A stretch of DNA of 64,000 nucleotides from Lama guanicoe (taxonomy: Eukaryota): contig MU054575.1 of NCBI GenBank assembly GCA_013239625.1, positions 6,216,498 through 6,280,497 on the forward strand, written 5' to 3'. How positions within the stretch are numbered: position 1 is the stretch's first letter; each line of letters begins with the position of its first letter. Both the position numbers and the translations under genes were made by a program. Under the pieces are notes generated by a model. It was given only the letters and a program-made list of their open reading frames with translations. It did not search any database and was not told the origin of the DNA. Of this stretch, positions 1 to 15,391 are shown piece after piece.

Positions 1-349
1 TGAAAGACAGACACCTCGTCAAGCAGCGCAAATCCACAGAAAAGGAACTAACTCCTTGCTCTCAGCTATCCTGGTAATTCCATTAAATGCATAGGTCGTA
101 CCACACTGCCTTTGCGCATTTTCTCTATGGCCCCAGGACCTTGTTTTACAGTTGCCCGGTAGGGGGCGTTCCTAAAATATCTCGTTGATTTAAAGCGTCA
201 TGGATTAGCGCTGGCGCCCCTTCCAGGGAATCCTGGAAACTTGGGTCCTACAATCGCCACCACCACCCCCCTTTCACAGCAATAGAAATTGAGGCTCTGG
301 CCAGCTCCCTGCTCTGTGGGCGCCCACAGCCCGGTGAGGCCACACTAAC

Positions 350-895
350 CCGCTTTGGTACTGATATCGTCGTCCCCTTCCTCTATATGGTTTCCCAGGG
401 AGCTCCTGCGGTGCACATCCTGCTCTGGCTTGAAGCTGTCTTTGTCATCCATTTCTTTCCAGCTACTGTCAGAGTAGTGGCTGGCCGCCTTCTGTTTGTA
501 CCACCCGTGAGTCTTGCCGCTTATGCTGCTGCCCTCCAGTTCTGAGTCCTCGGGGACACTGGGCAGCGGCACGTTCAGCTTCGGCTGCGACAGCGTAGCT
601 GTGGTCCACAGATTCCGTATGTCTGGTTCACTCGACTTGCCTGAGACATGGCGGCCCAAACACTTGGCCTGTGGGCCACATAAAAGGAAGGAAGCCAAGG
701 GTCGAGAGGAATTGGGGAGGGGGCGGGGATCCTGAGCCCAGCCAGGGCGGAGACTCCTTCGAGGTGGGTGGGGATGAAAAGGGAGTGATTGCTGGGAGCT
801 TCCTTGAACCAAGGCTGAGACCTAGGATGAGTCTGGGGGCTGACAGGGTGAGGAGGCCCAGGAAGGGTTTTTACTTTCAAAGGCTTTTCCTCCAT
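350..895 (-). CDS. CATSPERZ: CatSper channel auxiliary subunit zeta (TEX40), first two coding exons; gene continues past the window start
   Basis: Exons 895-875 (MEEKPLK, GTAA donor) and 668-350 (CAG acceptor; ..DIRNLWTTATLSQPKLNVPL..; phase-1 GTTAGT donor). Resembles human MEEKPSK..DTRDLWTTTTLSQAQLNMPL and lies directly downstream of KCNK4, as in human. Confidence 0.88.
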
Positions 896-1349
896 GGTTC
901 TGCCCCCAACGGGCCCAGTCGCCACAGGCCTCGATGCAAGGAGGAGGTGGTCACGCTCCAAGAAGGGGGAGGGGCAGGGTCCCGTTTGGAATGGTGATGG
1001 GGGTCTCGCGCGGGGAGAGTTCAACCTACAGCCCTCCACATCAGATGCCGTTATGTCTTCCCATCCTCCTCACTCCCCCAACCCCCAAGAGGTATGCTGA
1101 GGATGAAGGTACAGCCCATCTTGGCAGATTCCCACGCCAGACGCTATCCAGTAAACCCCAGGGAGAGACACAAGTCCGAGCACAGCCAAGAGCACCGTGC
1201 CTTGACCGAAGTGGGTGTAGGTGGGAGGCGAGGCTTGGCCCGGGGGTCCAGGGAAGCCTGACTTGCCCCGGAGGTGGCCCTATGCAAGCACTCCTACACC
1301 CTCTCGCGTCCCCGGAGCGCCACGCCCGCAGTGGTGCAGACTGTTTTCG

Positions 1350-1355
1350 TTTATT
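1350..1355 (-). terminator. KCNK4 polyadenylation signal AATAAA
   Basis: TTTATT on + strand, about 270 nt past the KCNK4 stop. Confidence 0.75.
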
Positions 1356-1625
1356 GATGTAGGCTTTGAGGCACAGTCGTGAGATGTTGTGAGGGACCGG
1401 CCCAGACAGGACAGTGAGACAGAAAGCCTTGGTGGGGGGTAATCTGGTAATGGATGAAGTGAGGAGGGGGCCAGGAGCAGAGGGTGGCAGACAAGCAGCA
1501 GCCCTTAGCCTCCTCCCCAGGCTTCAGTCCACTCGAGAGAGGGCTCTTTGGTCAAACAAGCAGAGCATGCCGGGGAGAAAGCAAGAACGAAGCCCTTTGA
1601 GAGGCCCTGGGCCGGGGTCCTGCCC

Positions 1626-7423
<5,798 letters not shown>

Positions 7424-7599
7424 TTACCTCCACTGCCCGGCCCTCAGCCCCTGTCCGGGGACTCCAGAGTGTGAGAAGAGAAGAGGGCACCGAGAAGGGA
7501 AAGGATGGAGAGTGGAAGGAGGAAAGAGAGACTGAGCCTACGCAGGGAGAGGCGGTGAGCAAGGAAGTGCTGGGGGCCTGGTGGCTGAAGGGGTGCGGA

Positions 7600-8720
7600 G
7601 GCGAGTGAAGGGAAAGTCGGAGGAGAGGCCGGACCGCGCAGGGCGGGGACGGGGATGGCTGGTCCCGGCTCGTCCGCTGAGGCTGCGGCAGCATCTTCGC
7701 GGCTTCTCCCTCCCCTCTTGCCTCTCCTTGCTCTGCTGCTAGACGCGACGGGCCGGGCAGGGAGCCTCCAGGGTCCCCCAGCGCCCCGCCGAGCTTTCGA
7801 GGAACCCAGGGGCGGGTCCCAGTCGCTGCGCAGAGGCAGGGAGGAGAGGGCGGGAAGGTGCCGGGTTCCGGTAAGGAGCGGGGTGGGAGCGACCGGGGCG
7901 GACCAGTGCAGCATCCCCCGGGACAGCTGTCAGTCCCCGGGACAGCGGGCGGCGGCGCCCACGCGCACACAAAGACCTGCGCGCCCACGCTCCACCCTGC
8001 GGCTCCAGCCGCCTCGCTGCCCAGGCTGCACGCACGCACACACTCCACCTGCACATTCCCCGGACTCACGGGCACACTAGACCCCCAGGGCCGTGCGTGG
8101 CGGGTCAAGGCCCCCAGAGGCCCCCACACACGTGTGCGCACACTCACGTACACACATAGATCGCGGGGCCATCGTGCAGCGCCCGCCGCCCAGGCACCCC
8201 ACACCCGCCGCTCGCTCCCACCGCCTCCCGGCGTCTTCACGCCGACGCCTCGGAGCGTGACGGGCGGCGGGACGCGCGGCCGCACGACTCCCGGAGGCGC
8301 CCACGCGCGGGAGGTGGGCGCCCCTTGCCGCCAGTAGCCCCTTGCGCCCCCCGCGATCCCGCACTCCCTCCCCGCACCCGCGTGCCTGCCCTCTCCGCCC
8401 TGCACTCACTGTCGGCCCCGCTGCGGCTGAGGCTGCGGCTGCGGCCCGGGTTCCCGAACGGCCTCGCCGGTGCCGGCTGGGCCACGGAGGCGGCGGCGGC
8501 AGCAGGGGCGGAGCGGGAGGCCGCCGGGGCTGGGACCCCCCCTCCCGCAGCCAGAAGCCCCCCTCCTCCCGCGTTTAACCCCTCCAGCGCCGTGCTTCCC
8601 TCCGTGCCTCACCCTCGCCGCCGGCGCCGGTGCCGCTCCTTACCTGCGGCCGCCCAGCCCCCCAATCCCGACCGGTCCCAGGAGATGAGTGGCAGAGGAG
8701 CCAGAGAGGGGTCGCCGATG
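7600..8720 (-). promoter_or_regulatory. CpG island / KCNK4 promoter and non-coding first-exon region
   Basis: Very high GC and CpG density upstream of the KCNK4 ATG exon; candidate donors GCAG|GTAAGG (8644/8643) and AG|GTGAGC (8819/8818). Confidence 0.7.
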
Positions 8721-10311
8721 GGTCAGGCCTGGAGTCCCAGATCGGAGCCCTCGTGCTGCCCTGCCAGCCAGCCAGTGTGACCAGCGGACTGGCCTGGCCT
8801 GGACATCAGCCGGCTCACCTCTCCAGACGGGAACCACGCTAATCTCCCAGCATCTTCTAGGCCCACTACCAGATCCCAAGGGCTCTCAACACCCTGCCCC
8901 TGGGGACAGCTTGGCCCTTGGGCTCAGCACTCATGAGGGAGGACACCCCACAGGAAAAGGGGGTGGGGGAATCCACCAAGGCCGTGGTAGGGTTGGGACC
9001 AAGCTCCAGGAAATCAAGCTGGGGCACCTCCTGCCCCTACTCCTGTATCCCCATCCCTTGTTCCTCACTTCCATGCCCATCCCAGCCTGGAACTGGTGCC
9101 AGCACTCCCTCCCCCACTGCTGGAACAGCAGGGCCCTGGCAGTTCCTGAAACTCAGCCCCTCTCTGCTCTTACCCACTTCTTTACAACTTTTATCTTGAC
9201 AAAGACCCTCTTCTGCCTGGGGTCCTCAGCCTTCACCTGAATGGTTTTAAGCAGGGGTTCTAAGGCTGACCGCCTCCTACCAGAAGAGGGCCTAGACAGG
9301 TTACCAAATTCTTTGAGCCTTCCAGTTGCCACTTACAGAAAAAGGATGATTAATTATCACCTCAGGGTGCTATCCTGAGAATTAAAGAGGTGGGTATTTG
9401 TAAATGCTCAAAACAGAGCTTAGCATTCACGATTAAGTGCCCTACAAATGTTAGCAATTTTCCTTTCAACAAAAAGTGACTGTCCAGCTTTAAGCTGATT
9501 CTCTGAATCTCAGATGCCCTCTCTGGAGGCCATGGGGGCCTGGCACTCAGGATAGTCCCAGGGGAAGGGTTTTGAGACAGGCTCAGTTCTAGGCTCCAGG
9601 AATTCCAAGGAGCTGGAATAAATGGCCAGGTACATGGGCAGGAGACAGACCATCTGATAAAGAACTCCAGCTATGGAGCAGATGACAGATCTGTTAAGGG
9701 CTGTGACTGCAGAGGGCAGTGACTGCACTACTAGGGACAGCCAGAGAAGGGGGTCCTCAGGACCATCAGGAAGACTGCATGAGTGTAGCCCACCCATCTG
9801 ACCAAATCCACACCTGGTAGGGAGATGGGGGCTGCTCAGTCACTGGCCAACTCCTCCAAAGGCCTTGGATTAACTCCTGGACCTGAAGGCTAGGTTGGGC
9901 ATAATAACAGGGGAATAAGGTCTCCAGATATCCCAATCCACTGAGGGTAAGAAGCATAGTAGCCACACACAATCACAGTGCCAAGGGACCCAATAGGCGG
10001 GGGACACAGTTCTCTGACCGAGAGATGGAAGGCTTCATGAAAGAGGTGAATTTGAATCAGATCTTGAGGAAAGAGTAGAAATTGTTCAAGTAGGGAGGGG
10101 GTTGGGGTGGAAGCAGGACTCTTCTGGTCTCTCTTCCCCTCAGACTGCAGGCTGCTCCCTCTCCTTGCCCACCAGCCTTGAGGGAGGTAAAAGGCCCCTG
10201 CCCAGCCCAGCAGTCCTCTTCAAGGGGCAGTGTCAGATCTGTCTTAGAATGAACCGGCTACAGTGTGAGGAACACAAGCAAGCAGTGAATGGACTCAGGG
10301 CACAGACACTG

Positions 10312-10317
10312 TTTATT
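10312..10317 (-). terminator. GPR137 polyadenylation signal AATAAA
   Basis: TTTATT on + strand, about 275 nt past the stop. Confidence 0.75.
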
Positions 10318-10591
10318 GAGTGGCAGGCGCAGGAGAGGTAGCTGGCTCCCGTGTAGAAGCGGAGGTGGCAGGTCATGCCAGGGTGCTGTGGGCATCTGGC
10401 AGCCAGGGCCATGCCCCTCATCCTAGGGGACAGCACAAGCTCACTATGTCAGGAGTAGCAAGGAGCTGGCCTGGGGAAGAGGCAGCTACAGCCCCCGGGA
10501 TCCTGGGCAAGAAGCGGCAGGTGAACTTGGCACAGGGGCCTAGGGTGGGAGGGACTGGGGCCTGGATGTTGTGGGGGGAAATGGAGAAGGA

Positions 10592-13229
10592 TCACGTCTG
10601 TGGGGTGGAGTAGAGACTGTGGTGGTGGCTGCCTGGTCCTAGAACCTGGGAGAAGAGCAGAGGAGTGGTCCGCGTCTGGCTGCCTCCGCACCAGCCTGGC
10701 TCACGCCCGATAGTGCCGTACCAGCTACCAGAGCTCAGGCTGCCAGACATGCTGCAGGCAGAAAATAGGGTCAGTCCTGCAGCAGTGACCAGGACCACAG
10801 TCGCAAGAGATGGCGGAGGGAGAGAAACTCAGAACAGAGCCCAGTGACCCAGACCTCTCTGTCTATGGCAAACTGCATTTGGGGGGTAGGATGGGGGCCT
10901 GAGCAACAGGAAACCAGAGGGGACCTCACCTTGTAAAGACAGGAAGCAAAGGCCATCGGAGGTGGGTAGTGGGTGGCAAGACCCAGTTCTAGGTCCCCAC
11001 GGCTCGATGGGGCAATCTGGGAGCCCAGGGGACCTGAGGTGGGGCCGGGACTCCTACCTGGTGCTCTCGCCCCGGCTGTGCTCCCAAGAGCAGCCCTCGT
11101 CCTCGCAGTGGGCCCGGTCAAAGAAGTAGGAACGGGAGCCAAAGACCTGCCCGTTGAGGATGTGGCTGGTGCTCTGGGGGAGAGAGCCACCGTTGATGCT
11201 TTCTCCTGCCCCCAACTGGCCTCCCACCACCCCCAGAGCCCAGTCCAGGGATTCCCAGTGCCACCCTTCTCCACTGGCCCTCACCAGGTCCTGTGGGGGC
11301 CGGTGCACCCGAAAGAAGCCCACCAGCAGGGTGGTGGGCAGTAGTTCCCACACAAAAAGGATGAGGCCAAACACCAGGTAGCCTTTGTTCCCCAAGTCAT
11401 TCACCAGGTCCGCCTGTGGGGAGGCAGGGGCTGTGCCAATCTGCAGTTGTGCCAGTGGGGCACCCAGACAGGGCCCAGGCCAGCTTGGGGCCAAGAGCCA
11501 CAGCAGACGAGCTGAATGCCCACCTGGTCAGAGACGTTGTACCAGTCGTAATCGAAGGCATCCAGCCGGCTCTGGGGGGCCAAGGCAAGGGCTGCCAGGT
11601 TGTAGCAGGCCCGGCTGGCATAGAGCAGGACCATGGTGCCACCCATTGCAGCTGCCTGGCACACACTGGTCCCCTGGCACAGATGACAACAGAGGACCCT
11701 CAGGGACGGGAGGCTCCAACTTCCTCTCTACCCTGAAGACCCCAAACACCCCAAAAGACACTCAAGCATCAGCACTTGTGGCCCTACCTTGGCCTCCAGG
11801 TAGATGCTGGTGGAGGGGGCCCGCCGGGCGACAAGGCAGAGGCAGGCAGCAAGAGAGAGCGCGCAGATAACAAACAGGGAGTCGCTCACCAGGACGCGCA
11901 CCAGCAGGAGGGCCCAGGGCTGTGCCCGGCGCCGGCGGGACAGCACTGCACACAGCACATTCACCAGAAGAAAGAGCAGCGAGGCCCCCACGAAGGCCCC
12001 TCGGACAGCCAGCCTGCAGCCCACAGCACAGTCAGCCCCAGCTGACCACCTCTGGCACTCACCAACCACCAACCACATCCCCCATGAGACCCCGGTGTCA
12101 ATCAGAACCTCAGATCATCCAGTCTGAACCTGTTCCCAGGTTTGCAGATGAGGAAACTGGGGCCCAAAGAAGTCAGAAGGTGATTGACAGCTGCAGTACA
12201 GTGGAAACAGCACTAGATTGGGAGTCAGAAATCTGGGTTTAAGCCCTGACTCTGCCTCCTGCCAGGGGTGTGACCTTGAACATGTTGCTTGACCTTGCTG
12301 GGCCTCAGTGTCTTCATCTCTCAAATGGGAGTAACATCAGCTTCACAAGTAAGATGTAAAAATTAATGATGTTTGTGAAAGCTCTTAATAAAACTGTGAG
12401 ATGTTATACATATGACAGAAGTATCATTGCCCAAGGTCACCTAGAAGTGTCATTGGGTTTGGAGTTTCCAAAGGCTGGAGCCTACAGCTCTTATTCCATC
12501 ATGGATGATGCTGGTACCCATGTCCCCCACCATATCATGATTGTTTCTATTATAGTTGCCCTTCACATGTGCAGCGCATCTGCTAAGCCATCGACACCAA
12601 GTGCTTAACTTTTCCAAGCCTTTCACAAACATTCCCTGGGTTGTCCTCACCTCAACCTGCCATGGGGGAAGGAATGGCCACTGGGCTTCTCCCTGCCCAT
12701 GAGCTGGGGGCTGAGCCCACCAGTGTACCGAGTACTTACAAGCCTCGGCTCATCTCTGGCCGACGCTTTGCCTTGGCCTTGAACACCACCTGGGAGCAGA
12801 GATGCCTATCATTCTTTTGGGCCCTTGGGGCTGGCCACCCCACTGCCCACCCCCACCCGTCCCCATGGTTACCTGAGCAAAGTAGAGGTTCATAAGCGTC
12901 AGTGTGAAGAACTGCAGGCAGACAGGGCAGCAGTAGAGAAGCCAAAAGGGCAGGGGTCCCAGGCGGTTGGCTCGGGGTGTATCTCGAAAATAGAAGGAGA
13001 AGAGGGTGGTACGCAAGGCAGCCCAGAGCAGACACAGTGCCAGGAACACCGTCTGATAGCTGAGACGCTTGTGCCCATACAGGAGCACCAGCCAGAGCTG
13101 GGCATAGACGGAGAAGAAGAGCAGGGCGTACAGGGTCGTGTAGGCCGCAGTCAGCCCCAGGGTCACGGCAGGCGGCAGCGCAGGCACCAGCCCAGCAGCA
13201 GGCACCAGGCCAGACAGGTTACTCTCCAT
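10592..13229 (-). CDS. GPR137: Integral membrane protein GPR137 (7TM, lysosomal), 395 aa
   Basis: Exons 13229-12873, 12789-12740, 12013-11788, 11673-11524, 11413-11285, 11173-11058, 10751-10592. [20 protein letters not shown] start; ..[11 protein letters not shown] end. All GT-AG and in phase. Confidence 0.96.
12140..12400. mobile_element. MIR SINE fragments in GPR137 intron
   Basis: 'gcagatgaggaaactggggccca' and 'gggcctcagtgtcttcatctctcaaatggg' MIR core motifs. Confidence 0.6.
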
Positions 13230-14227
13230 GTCAGAGAGGGAGGCCTGAATCCGGGAGACAGAGGTGGAGTGACTGGTAGGGGACAAGGGAAATAAATACA
13301 GAGGGGTGGGAGTTGTAGGGTGCAGAGGCAGAGATGGGGGCTTAGGGGTAAAGAAGCTGTGGCTGGCCAGGCCCTCCCCCAACAGAGGGATCCCTCGCCT
13401 TTGCTAGGTACAGGCAACCTGGGTCCCTCACTCAGGGGTATGGAAGGACAGCCTTTCCTGTCCCGGGCAGAGAGTGTCTCCTCCCTGGGCCAGCCTCAGA
13501 AGCCAGGGTTAGGGGTGGGGAGGTGCAGAGGCTGAAGAGGGGTCTCTGGCCTTGGTCGCTGGAGTCGTCCTGGCAGGAGGGGGAGAGCCGGCCAATGCCA
13601 GTCGGCTCAGGGCAGCAGCCGCTGCGTGGCGCGCTCAACGCTTGGCTCTCCCCCTCCCCAAACTAGGGGGCTCTCTCCCCTCAACAATCCGGATGGTAGG
13701 GCCTCTGCCTTTCGTCCTCAGGATTCCGAACGCTGCCCCCACCCCACCCCCACTGCGTCCACTCTCCAGCCGCAGGGGAGGGGAGGAGGTCGACGCCGGG
13801 TCCTCAGGCCGCCGCTGGGGGAGCCGGCTCCGGTCGCTGGGACCCGGGACTCCGGCTCCCCGGCTCCCGCTGCTCCGCCCCCTCCTGCGCCTGCGCGGGC
13901 GCCGTTCGCTACGCAAGTTGCTCAGTCTAGCCCTTGCTCCGCAGCCCTGCGCCGCGCCCGGGGCGGAGCGGTTCGAGAATTGGCGCGAGCTGCGCAGCCG
14001 GCGGGCGCCAGGGGTTATGAGAGGCGGGAGGCGACCATGAGGCTCTGGCCGCGCTGTATCCGGCCCGCGCTGGAGTGGGCCGTGCCCGGGGCCAGCGGCC
14101 CTTGCTTGTTTGGGGGACCGCCAGTTCCCATGCTTCTCTTCTCCACCCCCAAATCGAGATCGTGCCGCCCGACCCGGGGCGGTAACGACTTCCCTTCACC
14201 CGATCTCTGAAGGAAACTTCCGCCCGC

Positions 14228-14320
14228 AGCCAAGATGGCCTCCGAGGCCCGCCCCCCCCACCCCCCCCCCCACCCCAAGCCAAGATGGCCTCCGAGGCCC
14301 GCCCCCACCCCCCCACCCCA
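14228..14320. repeat. About 50-bp tandem duplication (2 copies)
   Basis: AGCCAAGATGGCCTCCGAGGCCCGCCCCC starts at 14228 and 14278, each copy followed by C-rich CACCC tracts. Confidence 0.9.
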
Positions 14321-14822
14321 TCCCCGGCCTTAACTCCCGGGGTCCCACAGCCCGCCAGCCGACGCCCTGGCCGGCGGCGGTTCCTGCTCACCTGGCCAGC
14401 CGCCTGCCAGGCCTGAGGCCCTACGAGTCCTATGGTCACCCTGACAGGGGCCTCTGTCCCTTCTGTGTAGGGGCAGTCATCCTGCCAGGGTGGAGGCTCC
14501 CTCGCTTATCTCGAGTGCTCCCGCGTTGGCGCGGGGAGTGGCGCCCCTGATGCGGGCGGTGCAAGGGTTCCACTGGAGGAGGAGGGCGGGGAACTTCCCG
14601 ATCTGGTCACCCAGTCCAGACGGAGCAGTGACACCAGCAACAATTGCATCCAACGGCTGAGCTTCAATGACGGTTTTGCAAAGTGCTTTCACCCACAGTA
14701 ATCACCACTCAGTTTACAAGGATCACTGGCTCCTGAGGGAGGTGTCATCATCCCTATTTTACAGGGGCAGGAATTAAGGCCCAGACAGGCTGAAGGACTT
14801 GTCAGCAGGAGCTGGTCCCCAA

Positions 14823-14949
14823 ATGGGGACTCCAGAGAATCCCTCATCTGCTCACACACAAACGCCCGAGACAGAAGTAAGTTGGGAACCGAGCATCCGA
14901 AGACGAAGAAGGGACCCAGGAGGAAGACGGTGGGCTGGGCCCCAGGCCG
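14823..14949 (+). CDS. BAD: Putative alternative upstream coding exon of BAD (long-isoform N-terminus)
   Basis: ATG 14823 opens MGTPENPSSAHTQ..DPGGRRWAGPQA, similar to mouse long Bad MGTPKQPS..DAGGRRWRPAAQS. The phase-1 donor G|GTAGTG joins in frame to the acceptor at 15384 (CC CAG AGC ATG). Confidence 0.5.
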
Positions 14950-15391
14950 GTAGTGGCCCCGCCTGCTGGCCTGCTAGTGACATTTCCAAAGCTGATTGGG
15001 CCGGAACGATGACAGTTCCCGTTGCCCAGGCAACTAGGGCCGGGCTCCCTCAGCGCTAGAGAGAGGCGGCGGGCCCGGGTCAGGGGCCTAGAGATCGGGC
15101 TTGGGGTGAGACCTGTCTGCCGTCACCATTGGCTTGTCTGGCGGAGGCCTGGGTAGGGGCCTGGGGCTGCTCCACAGCCCCAGGGCTCCGAGAGATTTAG
15201 ATCCTGGATGGATAGACTGAGCTTCCTGCCAGGCCAGACTCAACGACAGATGGGGGCCTGGGAGGCAGGGTGGACCTGGGGCTCTGAGGTGGGATAGGGA
15301 GCAAGGGGCACCTGCGCCCCAACCCCTGCTGGCCACCGTTTGCCCCAGCTGTGCCCTAACTACCTGCCATCTTGCCTCCACAGCCCAGAGC

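Larger units (their letters stand above)
13600..15105. promoter_or_regulatory. Bidirectional CpG-island promoter GPR137 (-) / BAD (+)
   Basis: CpG-rich region between head-to-head genes. YY1 motifs (CAAGATGGC 14231, 14281), GC boxes, inverted CCAAT (about 14995), RFX X-box (15021-15034). BAD non-coding exon donor GGG|GTGAGA at 15105/15106. Confidence 0.8.

Noticed and set aside
14228-14320. Direct repeats resembling a CRISPR-like or prokaryotic system
   Set aside because: Only two copies with C-homopolymer spacers in a mammalian promoter; no array, cas genes or prokaryotic sequence seen in the window
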